Source: the human T2T-CHM13v2.0 reference genome, Homo sapiens. From it: a stretch of 64,000 nt of DNA. Below, one piece after another: positions 26,801 through 40,079 of this stretch. A program made the position numbers and the translations under genes. The notes beneath the pieces were generated by a model. That model made no database searches and was not told where the DNA came from. It saw only the letters and a list, made by a program, of their open reading frames with translations. Location of the stretch: NCBI RefSeq assembly GCF_009914755.1, contig NC_060930.1; one strand, given 5' to 3'. Within the stretch, counting starts at the first letter, position 1. Each line of letters begins with the position of its first letter.

Positions 26801-28193
26801 TCCATGGTGACGGATGAAAAATAAGCTGCTTTTCAGTGATTTGAACTTTAATCCAGTCAAATGATGCATGCTTTATTACTCAGGTGACTTTTCCCAGTAC
26901 TTTCAGATCACTGAAATCTTGAATTATTAAAGAGGAATTAACATATTTATGTTTTTATCCTTTCTTTAACCATTATTATACCTTGGTAAATTCAAATAAT
27001 CTGATCTTAGCACCTGAAAATTTTGTCTTCATAATTATAGGAAAATCGTTTCAGAAATGAGATTCCAACAGAAAAGAAACTAAAAGATGTCGTTTACAAT
27101 TCCCTCTCACTACATGTATATAAGTAACTATTAGGCTAAGTAAAGCATGGAGGACCTGCATAATACTAGGGAAAACGATGAAAACTGTAAAACATTGACA
27201 AAGTTGTGTCATCCAAAACGCTGGCCACTTAATACTAGTGGTACTTGAAATTATTAAATAACATTGACTTCAAATCTTTCTGTATTCAGGAAAGAGAAAA
27301 GCTAAGCCTGATGGTAGTCTTAGCACCTTGCTAACGTGCTGTCATTGTTTTTTTAAACAACAACAACAAAGGGCAGACTTTTTGCATACAACCTTGGTAA
27401 GCAATAGCTTCTAGTTAAAATGTTTCCATTTTCTCAATTTTCATATAAACTTCTGTTTATGAATAACACTGACTTTCCAGGGATGTAAAATTTCCTTACA
27501 TTTAAAAAAAAATACATAATCAATAGTACAAGTGAAACAAGTGGAGTTGAAATCATGATATCTGGACCAAGCAACAGGGAAGGAAGAACAGGGTAGCAAT
27601 TTCACGTGTCTTGGTCTAATCCCTAACACCAAAATTATTGGGACTAGAAGCCAGGTAGACCCTAACATTATGACACTATGATGTTACCCAAGATATTGAG
27701 GAAAATCATAATATTTGGATGAATTAACAACTTTTTTTTCCAGATAATACAAATAGGGGGGTAAAAATGATTAAGCTTGAAAGTTTCTTCAGTCTTGTTT
27801 CTCCCACTTCCTGCTTAGTGGGGTTTTTCCTGCTGCCTCAGAATCGTGGCTACTGCCCAAAGCTGAGAACATTCTCTAAAGAGCCATAAATAATTAGGAG
27901 TCAAAACCTCCCACCAGGGCTTATTAAAAAGTGCATAACCAACCTTACTGCCAGCAACCATCACCCTAGGAAACTCCTCTCTTCACTTTTACTTCACCGT
28001 AAGAGAGGTCTGTGTATGGAAAGAAGGGAAGAAACCATATTTGGCTTCTTGGAGAGGGTTTTCGTTCTCCCAAGGAGAGAGTGGATGGGGCTAAGAGTAG
28101 GAAGTACAAGAAAATAATTCATAGAAATTCATAGGGTGCTTTGAAGAAGAGGAGATTGGCATCTCCCTTCCTGAGGCCTGCTAAGTAGCAACT

Positions 28194-28474
28194 CTTTTTT
28201 TTTTTTTTCTCGAGATGAAGTCTTCTTCTGTCACCAGGCTGGAGTGCAATTATCTCAGCTCACTGTAACCTCCGCCTGGGTTCACTGCCTCAGCCTCCCA
28301 AGTAGCTGGGATTACAGATGCGCGCCACCATGCCCGGCTAATTTTTTTGTATTTTTAGTAGAGACGGGGTTTCACCATGTTGGCCAGGCTGGTCTCGAAC
28401 TCCTGACCTCATGATCCGCCTGCCTCAGCCTCCCAAAGTGCTGGGACCACAGGCGTGAGCCACTGGGCCTGGCC
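28194..28474 (-). mobile_element. AluS with small internal deletions
   Basis: Poly(T), ctggagtgca, gctgggattacag, ctcccaaagtgctggg. Confidence 0.93.
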
Positions 28475-29371
28475 TAAGTTGAAACTCTTTTGTAACTTTG
28501 TGTTGCCATTGGAATAAAGCATTTGAGACAGTTCTTGGGAGAGTTTCCCGTTGTTCATGAGGCATCCGTAGAGACTATTCTCTGTTTCTAGTCTAGAAAT
28601 TTCTGAAGATGGGAGTAGGAAAACCACTGTCACTAAGGCTTAAAGACATAGTATGCCTGAGAAGAGGATAAGAACCAGACTGTCCACAGTCTGGTTCTCT
28701 ATGACCTTAAAGGACATGGCAAGGACCACTGAGGTTTTGTGGTTCCATGAGTTAGAGGAGAAGCAGAGGAGCATGATCCACCCCAAGGAGCTGCTGGGTA
28801 GTAAAGAGCACAACCCAGAGATGAAGCTGGGAGGTACACTACTGGTAGACCTGAGGGAAGCCTTTCTTTTCCTCACAGTGACAGAGGGGTGCTGGGTAAA
28901 GCTGAGCATTGCCCAAGGTCACCCACCACACTTGACCTGTCTGGAGGCCACATGAAGCCTTGATGCGCTGGCATCTGACCTGAACATGCTGAACTGGAGT
29001 GAGGCCCGTGTTGCCTCCCTACCCCTGACCCAAGGGCCATCGCGTAAGAAGCTGGATCCATTCCCTCTCCCTCCGCCAGAGACTGCTCCCCAACATTAGT
29101 CCGTTCTGGCTTCTACTGTGTGGCGGAAGGAAAAGAGGTTGAATCAGAAATGAGATTGAAGTTTTAAACTGGACTATACTTCAAAAACTGAAAGTAATCA
29201 GAATATTATAGAATGTGTCCAAAATGTTTCAATGATGAGACTCTGGAGTTCCCCTATGCATAGTTGAAAGCAGTGATTAGAAAAAAAAATGTAATTTTTG
29301 TTAATACCCTACTAAGCTGAGACTACTCAATTAACATATAGAGTCCAACTATATACATAATAATAATTACT

Positions 29372-29662
29372 ATTTTTTGAGACAGAGTCTCACCCTGTTG
29401 CCCAGGCTGGAGTGCAGGGGCACAATCACAGCTCACTGCAGCCTTAACTTCCTAGGCTCAAGCAGTCCTCCCACCCCAGTGTCTCAAATAGCTGGGACCA
29501 GGTGTGCACCACCACACCTGGCTAATTTTTTGTTTTAATTTTTTGTAGAGATGAGGTCTCACTATGTTGCCTAGGCTGGCCTCAAACTCTTAAGCTCAAG
29601 CTATCCTCCTGCTTCAGCCTCCCAAAGTGCTGGGATTATAAGCCTGAGCCACCACTCCCAGC
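29372..29662 (-). mobile_element. AluJ
   Basis: cacagctcactgcagcctt...ggctcaagcagtcctccc (J-type). Confidence 0.92.
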
Positions 29663-30874
29663 CATACGTAATTTTGTATCATGAGTTTTCACTTACTAAT
29701 TACACAACAATTTTATCATCTTAAAAAAAACTTCATAAGTATCATTTATAGTAGGTTTATATTTCCATTATATATATGCCAAATTTTTAAATCTTTATTA
29801 TATTGTAGCACACATGTTATTTTTAAATTTTAAGATTTAAAGTATTTGTTCCCTTAAATGTGATTATTATTTTCATTATTAAACATCGACTGATCTTTGG
29901 ACAAAGAGATTCTGACTACTTAGTTTTTCAGTAGAAAACAGTTTGAGGTATTGCTCAGCCAGCGGGAGTTTTGATTATGTGTGTTTACTATGCTGGCAGC
30001 ACTACATGTTTTATCCTTCTAGTGTTCGCCAATTTGTTCAGAGCTGAGGGCTGTAGTACTACAGGAAATAACATGTCCTTGCCTTCTAGAATGTAGGTAC
30101 CACAAGGACGGGAATTCTTTTCTTTTTCATTCTCTACCATATGTCTAGCACCTAGAACAGGGCCCAACGCTGGATAGGCACTAAATAAATACCTTTTAAA
30201 TATAAATAAATGAAGGTAGTATAAACTAGGAGTGGGACATAATTACTCCTCATCGTCAGCTTTTGCACAGTAATTTATGGAAACCACATAAGTAGATGGT
30301 TAGAGCAAGTCTGGATCTAATAGGAGGAACAATGAAAAATGGCAGGGCCTATAGAAGACAGAGATGAAGGCAATGAGGGGGTTTCAGTTCCCTGGCATCA
30401 GAGCTAATATCAATATGATCTTATGACTTTGTTCTTATTAAGATATAAATTAATTAATCCAATGAATAAGATATCAAGCTCATAACAAAATGGCTGAAAC
30501 CAAGCAATGGCCATATAGAGGAAATTATTCGTAGTGTCACCAATGGTAAACTGAACAGTTTCTAATCCTCTGTTTCCCAAAGTCTCCGTGAAATAACAGA
30601 AATGCCATGAAATAAATAAAAAGCATTTGTAAAGATTAAAAACACACATTAAGGATGAGGGGCATGGAATGAAGACAGCAGTTCACCAAAAGTTCAAGGA
30701 AATTCTGGAAAATACAAACTAAATAAAATCAGACTAAGGGAGCAAACCAAGAAATAAAAACTACAGCCCAAAATTTCATAGGTAAGAGGAATCTTTTTCA
30801 AAAGAGGCCCAGAGAAATTCCAAGTTCAGAGGCAACATTTGCAAAGGCCAGTTCAAGATGAGGCTATCATCAAT

Positions 30875-31130
30875 GTAAACATATAATGATGTTTTGGTCA
30901 ATGGACCACATACTCACCAGTGGTCCCATAAGATTATAATGGAGGTGTACCATTTTTTATCTTTTATACCATATTTTTACTCTACGTGTTCTATGTTTAG
31001 ATATGTTTAGATACACAAATGCTTACCACTGTGTTACAATTGCCTACAGTATTCAGTATAGTAACATGCTGTACAAGTTGGTAGCCTAGGAGCAATAGGC
31101 TATACCGTATAGCCGAGGTGTGTAGTAGGG
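30875..31130. mobile_element. Tigger3-type (TcMar) fragment
   Basis: gttttggtcaatggaccacata...ggtcccataagattataat...gtagcctaggagcaataggctata. Confidence 0.8.
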
Positions 31131-32274
31131 TTAAACAGATGCTCCAAGCAAGCCTAACAACTCTTTTTAAAATAACAAAAATCAGGGAGGAGGAAGCTGG
31201 GGAATACCTATAAGTATCCTAATCTCCTCATCTTTTATAACAGTGAGTTAATAGATACTGTCTAAAATTAGTAAGTTAAAAAATAAAATTGAAATATATT
31301 ATTTTAGATTAATGAGTAACCACCACAAACAAATAAGAATTCTTTAAAAACATTCAGTGGGCTACTGACAAAAATGATTATCTGTAGGGGTAAGGAGAGT
31401 TTTACACAGACACGTTTGTGTCATTTCAATTTTTTGTTTTAATATTTCTTTGATTAAAAACAAATTTTTAAATGCACAGTAAAAGAAAAACATGAGGAAA
31501 TACGCTAAAATCTTAATAGTGATTTTTTTGATTAGTAAGAATTATGGACCAAAAAAATGTTTCTTGTTTTTCTACAGTTCTGCATTTTCCAAGTTCTCTA
31601 TCTCAAATACTTCCATGGTAAGAAAAAAATAGTTATTAACAAAATGTCATGACCGTGGGTTTGCTGTTAAGTTTCATAAATATAAATAAATAATTTGAAG
31701 TAATATTTAGATGAAAGGAGGAGAATTAAAGAAGCCAAGAGGAAAGGCTGGACTTTTGCAGCTACTGGTAACAGGAAAAGGTAGAAGCTGGAACTGAAGG
31801 AAGGAAACTGGAACCCATATCAGAAAGGAATAAATTCTGACTGTCTACTGCAATGGAAAGTTTGACCAGCCATGGAGTTTACTAAGCCACTCCTGGATTT
31901 TTCCCTAAGGTAATCCTCTGCTTAGGTAGATATATCTGTATAATGAGAGCTTCAGATCCTTTTTTCCTCTTATTTATCACAACCAGATAAAAATCTGACC
32001 ACCACAGAGATTAAAACGAAAAGAAGAAAAAGATCACTGCTTCCTGGTTTTGACCTCACCAATCATGTCTGCCACCAACTAGACATGATCTTATAGAGTT
32101 AGCTTCATGATCACCTGACTACTATTCCTACTTGGTCAAGGAATCAAGGTATTGAGTACTTACGTCTACAGGATGATCACCAAGTATGGTGTGGTTAGTG
32201 CAGAGTATGATCAGAAAGTAATAGCCGTCATAGGAGATGCCTTTGCACAGCAGCCTTGGTGGCCGAACTATTAG

Positions 32275-32386
32275 TGTCCCCAGCAAACCTGTCTCACTTG
32301 TATTTCAGTGTCATGATCATGGTATCTGTCTGTCCCCAGCAAACCTGTCTCATTTGTACTTCAGTCTCGTAATCATGGTATCTGTC
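32275..32386. repeat. 56-bp tandem duplication inside the retrocopy
   Basis: Units 32275-32330 and 32331-32386 with 5 mismatches; TGTC at the unit boundaries. Confidence 0.92.
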
Positions 32387-32920
32387 TCTGTGCCTTTATT
32401 TTCATACTTTTCTACCAATGCCCCAGGAAAACTATATTTTCTCACAAAACCAGCGAAGATTTTCTACAAAAGTCAGTGGTCAAGCGTGCAATGTTAGTTG
32501 AACATCAAAAGAGCAGTGTGCCAGTCTACTATGGGGAAAGCTAAATAAAAGAAAAGAAAAGAAAGAAATATCCACCATTTCAAGGATCCCAGGTGAAGGC
32601 CACTTTCTTGCAATGTTTCCAAGATTTGAAAGAGTTAGTTTTGAAGGACATTTTGTTACATTTTGAAGGAATATTTCTAATACCCCAATGGGCTTTTTCC
32701 ATTACAAGCTGCAAGGACGTTCTAAACAATGTAAAAGTTCTATTGAATTATAAAACCTCACTCCCAAATTATTTAATATATAAAGAGCAGTAGACAGTAT
32801 TGCAATATTCAGGGAGCCATGGCTGACTTTGCAGTGGGCTGTCTAAAAGTCATCTGGGATCTTTTTGGTCAAGACTTCACTTCTTAAAGTGAGGTCCACA
32901 AACAAGAAGTATCATCAATG

Positions 32921-34188
32921 CTGTGAATCACTCAGAATATCAGAAAAATTTTTTAAAATAACATAATTTTTATAATTTTAGAAAAGGAGAGGAGGAGACT
33001 ATTTCTTATAAAGAGTTACAGCCTGCAACGTGGCCCTCCTGCAGGCTAGGAGATATGCCTCCAGCCAAGACCAGAAACAGGCACATTGAAGGAGGAGGGG
33101 TTGGGGTAGGAGCTTTATGCTAAACAGTTTGGCTAAACATACATACTCAACTGGTTACAGGAGGAGCTATGAATATTCATGAAGGTGGTCCTAAAGAATT
33201 GAACAAACACACGTGTAACATACCACCCATGTTCACTTTGTGGTGGAGACTTAACACTTAAATATATTAGAATTAAGCCCTATATGTAAAAATGCCTTTT
33301 CAGGCCAAGCATGGTGGTTCATGGCTTAAATCCCAGCACTTTGGGAGGCCAAGGTGGGTGGATCACCTGAGGTCAGGAGTTTGAGACCAGCCTGGCCAAC
33401 ATGGAGAAACCCTGTCTCTACGAAAAATACCAAAAATTAGCCGGGTGTGGTGGTGGGCACCTGTATTCTTGGATGCCTGGGAAGCTGAGGCACAAAATCG
33501 CTTGAACCCAGGAGTTGGAAGTTGCAGTGAGCTGAGATTGTGCCACTTTACTCCAGCCTGGGTGACAGAGTGATACTCTGCCTCAAAAAAACAAAAGTAT
33601 TTTCAGGACAAAGGCATGTGAGTGTGCAGTCTCTGTAACCTGGCAGGAGCCAGTCCATGGTCAGTGGTCCTCTTATGAGGAGAAAGTTACTGGAATCAGT
33701 CTCTTGTCCAGTCAAAGCTGTAGTTACGGCTGGTGGAACAGGGTTCCCGTTCATGTCTGTGAACTGGGTGAGCTGTGATCATTTTAACATTGCTTATCTT
33801 TAGGTCAGTGCTTGTTTAGTTGTTGAATAAAAAGAAAAACCTTGTGGCAGTTAGAACACAGTTTGTTATTTAAGTTTAGGGGAGTGTGACTTAACCCTTG
33901 ACTGGCATGGCCTTTGGTCCTGTTTATAATCTGGGATCTTATTGCCAACAAGATTCTGTTCTGTAAGTCTTATGATCTCTATTTTAACATTGATCTTGGT
34001 CAGTTTTTGTGTCTACTCAACTGGTTACATTTGAGTTACCACAAAAGAGGGAGGGTATAATGAGGTGTGTCTGACCTCCCATCCTGTCCTGGCCAGGAAC
34101 TCAGTTTTAAGGTTCTTCTGGGATCCCCTTGGACACAAGGGGTCCATTCAGTCAGTGAGGGGGCTTAGGACTTTATTTTTAGTTTACA
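32921..34188 (-). mobile_element. MER4-group (MER4D-like) ERV1 solo LTR, interrupted by an Alu
   Basis: Reverse complement starts tgtaaactaaaaataaagtcctaagccccc...ctgactgaatggacccc; TG...CA ends. Confidence 0.82.
33303..33595 (+). mobile_element. AluSx-like, inside the LTR
   Basis: Full dimer; ttttca(g) flanks both ends. Confidence 0.94.
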
Positions 34189-35078
34189 GATCCCAATCCA
34201 GACCTACAGAATAAGAATCTTCATTCCAGGTGATTTGTATGCACAGTAAAGTTTAAAAAGCATTGGTTTAGGAGAATCCAAGATTCCTTTGGGAAAGTTC
34301 TCAGATGTCAAAATAGGGGCTCTGCATATTATGAATTTCACAATTAACTTCTCAGCATACTATACTGGTTATTTGGTATTCATGTTAAGTTAGATGGTTC
34401 TCATCATGCTAAACAGTGCTTCAGATTGCAGTTACTCTAAGCATAAGACCCTATGTCCTAGGGTTTGGAACCAACTCCTTCATTGCTTTGGTGAATTAGA
34501 CCCTTTTAATTGTGATTGCAGTAGATTAGAAAGGAGTCCATCTCCCAAAGAGTATTCAAGTTTTAGAATGGAAGCTGCTTTTCAGTCATCACTGGAATTT
34601 TCCTACGAGAATCACTTACATAATCTACACAACCAAATGCAGAAAGAAAACACAGGGTGAGTTAAGGAACAAAGTTAACATTTCATCTGCTTGGCCTCTG
34701 AGCTTGTACCTGCCAGTCCCAATGTTACTCGGATCAAAAATGTAGGATGTTAAGGAAAATGGTGTTTGTATGTTTTGTTAGTAAGAATTAATATGGAAAT
34801 AATTTGCAAAGACTGGATTCCAGTGAACTTCTTCAAAATCACAAAAGCTCAGCTTTAGGCAAGATACACACATGTTCAGATAACTGGATATAGAAGAAAG
34901 AGTTCATCATCTCAATAAAAATAATCCATACTTGTGGCTCCAATTAAGAAACACAAAACTTTAGTGTACATTTTGGTTTCACTTTGTTTCTTTGTTTTTT
35001 ACCACTTGCATGAACAAGTAAATGATGCAGAAAAACAAGAAGGGTGATTCTTGCAGCCCTAATGAACAGACACCATCA

Positions 35079-35564
<486 letters not shown>

Positions 35565-36169
35565 CTATCATCTGTGTCACCATCTATTTCTTAATGATCA
35601 CTTTTTAAAATTATGTAGTCAGTCGAGCCATGTTGAGAAATTTCAGCTCAAAATATAATTCTCAATGGCCTTTGAAGAGCAGTGGCTTGTCTTTCCCTCT
35701 TATTTTTCCTGTTGTGACCACAGTAGGTGTATTAATACCATATCATTATGATGGTTATCTAATGCGTTTAAAAAAATTAAGTAGGAATTTCTAGAAGTTA
35801 TTTTTATATAAGAAATTCCAGGGGGTAGGGGTGACATAATTTCCAAATCACAAAGTTTTTGCTAAGGGACATAATGTATGCAAAAATATTAATAAGCCTT
35901 TCTAAGCTTCTCTTGACAAATCTACTAACAGTCATTTGAGGGTTCTTGTTGCTGGAGTATTCTTTGAAATTCAATAGAGGATTTATTGAGGAGTCTGCAA
36001 TAGGGAGTAAAGAATGCTGATTTGAAATTTGTAATTCAAATGTACTTTCCTCTAAATCCTAAAATCCAGTCAATTGGAATGTAAGTTAAAAATATAAAAT
36101 TCAATAGCTTTCATATTGCAGTTCAGTATTGTTAAGAGTACAATACCAAACTGCATTTTTGATCAGACT

Positions 36170-36340
36170 TTAAGAGCACAGACTTTGAAGTCAGGGGTCA
36201 GAGACCTGGGTCTGTCACTTAGAAGTTGAAAATTGGTACGAGTTACTTAAAGTCCCTAGGTTTTAGTTCCCCTATTTGTAAAATGGAAAATATAATGATT
36301 ACTTCCTCAGTTAGTTTTGAAAATTAAACTAGATAATTTC
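36170..36340. mobile_element. MIR
   Basis: taagagcacagactttgaagtcag...agttacttaa...tttgtaaaatgg. Confidence 0.7.
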
Positions 36341-36662
36341 TTAATAAACCCCACAGCCAATGAATGTGGATATTATTATATTATCATTATATACTTGGCA
36401 ATATTATTATATGCACAAATATTATTATTACAGATATTCTTATTTATATCTGGCAATATCTAGCTAGATAATGTAAAATAAAAGATATTTTCTTCACAAT
36501 AGTCATATTTTGTGACCTACATAAAGAAAAAAATCTAAAATTATACCATATCCCTAGAAAGGAAAACGGAATAATTTAAAGGTGCTAAGTCATCCCAAAC
36601 TGATTTATAGGCTAATTGGCATTTTAAAAACCATGTTTTAAAACTTTTAAAAATGATCTTAA

Positions 36663-36960
36663 GGCCACATGCAATGGTTCACACCTGTAGTCCCAGAACT
36701 TTGGGAGGCTGAGGCAGGCGGATCACCTGAGGTCACGAGTTCAAGACCAGCCTAGCCAACATAGCAAAACTCCGTCTCTACTAAAAATTCAAAAATTAGC
36801 TGGGCGTGGTGTTGGGCACCTGTAATTCCAGCTACTCAGGAGGCTGAGGCAGGAAAATTGCTTGAACCCAGGAAGTAGAGGTTGCAGCAAGCCAAGATGG
36901 TTGTACTGCACTCCAGCCTAGGTGACAGAGCAAGACTCCATCTCAAAAAGGAAAAAAAAA
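36663..36960 (+). mobile_element. AluS
   Basis: Full dimer with A tail. Confidence 0.94.
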
Positions 36961-37008
36961 TCTTAAACTGCACTTGGATGCATAAACTTGGACGCATAAA
37001 CTGACAAA

Positions 37009-37302
37009 CTGTTTGTTTTGTTTTGAGGCGGAGTCTCAATCTGTCGCCAGGCTGGAGTGCAGTAGCGTGATCTCGGCTCACTGAAACCTCCGCCTCCCGG
37101 GTTCAAGCGATTATCCTGCCTCACCTTCCGAGTAGCTGGGATTACAGGCGTGCACCACCATGCCCAGCTAATTTTTGTATTTTTAGTAGAGATGGGGTTT
37201 CACCATGTTGGCCAGGATGGTCTCGATCTCCTGACCTCATGATCTGCCCGCCTTGGCGTCCCAAAGTGCTGGGATTACAGGCGTGAGCCACCGCGCCCGG
37301 CC
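37009..37302 (-). mobile_element. AluS, tail-to-tail with the previous Alu
   Basis: (TTTTG)n tail; ends ccaccgcgcccggcc; TSD-like caaact...gttt. Confidence 0.94.
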
Positions 37303-40079
37303 CAAACTATGTTTTTAAAATGAAAATTAATAATTATGAAGAAAGATGTACCATATCCAAATATTAAAATAATATAGTGCTATGAAATTTTTTTAAATAG
37401 TACAACATAAAAATAAAAATATATGATAAAGTAAACTTCCCAAATCAAAGAAAACAGAAAGAATTATTCACTAAATGATTCTGGGACATGTCGTGGGCTT
37501 AGGCAACTTTGTTTATAATCTGTACCTCATACTATTTCATCAAACACATAGCAAGTGAATTTAAGAAGTATAAAAATTCAAAACATAAAAAGGAAGATAA
37601 AATAAAAGCAAATATTTATCAAATTTCTGCAAGAAGGAAACATTCTAAAATTAAAGTAGTGAAAGATGTTACACTCAAAAAAGGTTGACAAATTTGATCT
37701 TAAAAATTGCAATTTCTGCTATGACAAAAATGTAAGCACATCTAAAAGACAAGAAACTGAGGAAAACAGATACACTACATGTGACAAAATATTAGTCTAA
37801 AACGATAACATAAATTGATTATTAAAAATACAAAGTCTCCACTAAACACATTAACAAAAGTTATGAACAATTACCCAAAGAGAATTTACTATGTTAGCAA
37901 AAGTAGGAAAGTCTAACATCATTAGAAAACTTTAAAAAATTATCAACATCAAAGCAGATCCCTCTTTTATTTCTCCAATTGTTTCATATTTCAAGAACAA
38001 AAATACTGAATACTGATAATTGTGCAATAAAACAGGAATTCTTATACTCTTTGGGAGTATAAATTGGTTTAAGCTTTTTGTTATTAATACATAAAAAAGT
38101 CTTAAAATCACTGTAACCCTTAACCCAGTAGTTCCACTTTTAGAATTTTCCTCCTTAAAGATCTTCCTAAAAACAAAACCTGTAATATACAAGCACACAA
38201 TTCTTACAGAATTATTTATAAAAATGAAGATATCCTGAGTAGTAATGTGGTTAAATATGCTATGGTACATGGTTTAATTTTGGAAAATAATAACGTTTGT
38301 AAAATTTATAATAAGGAGGGAAAATATGTATATGACATCTTTTAAAAAGAAACATATATTAAAGTATAATAAATATGCAAAAACATTAACTGTCTTTGGA
38401 TAATGGAATATGGGAATTTTAAAACTTCTTAAAATATATGTTCTGATTTGTCTATTCTGAACATATTTGACTTTTAAAAAGTCAAACATGTGATTTCAGA
38501 AAAAATAAAGTACTTCTGGAAATCCAAAATATATATATATACTTTTATAACCATTCATGCTTTTCTGCCTACGTGAAAAAACATACAAGATAAAACGTCA
38601 ATTTATATTTCTTCCCTGACCATATGCACAACTGTAGACTACAAGGTGACCAAGTAGAATGGTATTATATAGATTTCAACAAATTGATTTTTAAAAATAA
38701 AAATTTTTTACTTTTAAACAGAAAATTTAAAGAGTTTCTGCAATTTATATTTTTATAATTTTTATAGATCATAAAATTATTAGAAAAAGGAAATACAGAA
38801 TTATAATTGTCAGTCACATTTTAATTTTTATTAATATTAATACCTATCTGTAATTGCTTTGCCTAATTCATGATAATTTGAGTAGCTCATGACAAGAAAA
38901 ATTAATTTGTGACTATGAAGAAGATGTTGAATTTTTCAAATTATTATTAAAATAAAAAAATTTAAACTAATTGAGCAGCAAAAAGCATCCAGTATAGGTT
39001 TTTAAAAAACATCAGCAATGTGGGGAAAAAATGTGGGGAGCTATTAATAGAGAAATGAAGAAACTGGAGCTATTCCACTAGGAATGTTCCCATCCCAATA
39101 TCATGTAATAGTCTTCCAAAGGTAATTATGTTTGGAATATTTACATTTGGATTAAATGAGCAGTACAAGAAAGTGCATTATAATTAGTAGTGAATACGCT
39201 TGTTAGGATATAACCTTGCCTCAGCTAGCAAATATTAGATGTCCAGAGAATGACTTTTTTCTAAGTAAATTTTAATATTTTATGGGATAGCTATCCATTT
39301 TTATGTCTCACTTGGAAGGCATAACTTTTTCCAGATGCTCCCAGGAGAAGTTTCCTTGATTGCAGGGAGTTTGGAACTAATCAGTCTGGAATGGACAGAC
39401 TATGAGGTATTTTACAGTTTATTATTTTGAACCTCACTGATTCAAGGACTTATGATCATTCAAATCTAACTGAGCTATTGTTTTTCTTGGAACTATCAAG
39501 GAAGAAAATGTTCACCATACAAATTAATATCATAAATAGAATCTCCTAAAAGAGAAAACTAATTTAAATACGTTAGCACATTGTTTTGCTGTGACAGTCA
39601 AATGAGTTTCACTTGAATAAGTGATATATGTAAGGAAGGAGAAGATACAACCATGGGGAATGAATAACAGATTAAGAGGATGTGTGCAGAGCCTGCTACT
39701 GAAACTCCTATAGACAGCTTGGCTCCAGAGAGGGATGGACTGTTGGAGACAGCACAGTTAGGGCACAGGTCATATATACACAGAAGGTCCAGAAGGTCCA
39801 GCAACCACTGTAAAATAAATAGGTGATTGCTTAGGATGTTGTATACATTGGATAGCACTAGATCCTGGCATCAAGCCCAGTTTTCTATGGTTATATAAAT
39901 ATATCATATAAATATAATTTTTAACATCCTTTTAGAAAGGGTTTTAAAATCCTGCTTTGAAAGGAGGCAATGTATTTGAAGACATTTAAACAACAGAATA
40001 CACTAACTATATATAGTCATATATTTTACTTAGAACAAATAAAAACTCTTCATAAGTTCTCTGTGACATAAGAAAGATT

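Larger units (their letters stand above)
32878..34267. mobile_element. MER5-type (hAT-Charlie) element split into about 32878-32920 and 34189-34267 by an LTR
   Basis: ttcttaaagtgaggtccacaaac... and ccagacctacagaataagaatct...ccaggtgatttgtatgcacagtaaagtttaaaaagcattg. Confidence 0.7.
31872..34750 (+). pseudogene. Ancient processed pseudogene of SLC19A3 (thiamine transporter 2), near full length, in two pieces (about 31872-32875 and 34275-34750)
   Basis: Manual translation across frameshifts gives colinear matches to SLC19A3: LSHSWIFP/VILCL/MRASDPF/YLSQPDKNLTTTEI; SFMIT*LLFLLGQGIK; YGVVSAEYDQKV; AELLVSPANLSHLYFSVMIMVSVSV; FLPMP; GKLNK; FLQCFQDLKE; WAFSITSCKDVLNNVKVLLNYK; AMADFAVGCLKVIWDLFGQ; YTGYLVF; LQIAVTLSIRPYVLGFGTNSFIALV; VD*KGVHLPKSIQ; GSCFSVITGIFL; YIIYTTK. 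No introns. Confidence 0.92.

Noticed and set aside
27760-29330. Possible ancient LTR (Gypsy/ERVL-type) flanking the Alu, with a 100-aa ORF at 28653-28955
   Set aside because: Looks LTR-like but I cannot assign a family or ends; the ORF has no recognisable homology.
32109-32198. RPS10-like peptide NQGIEYLR
   Set aside because: Chance match in an alternative frame of the SLC19A3 retrocopy.
34394-34660. 88-aa ORF MVLIMLNSASD...
   Set aside because: Mostly an off-frame reading of the SLC19A3 pseudogene.
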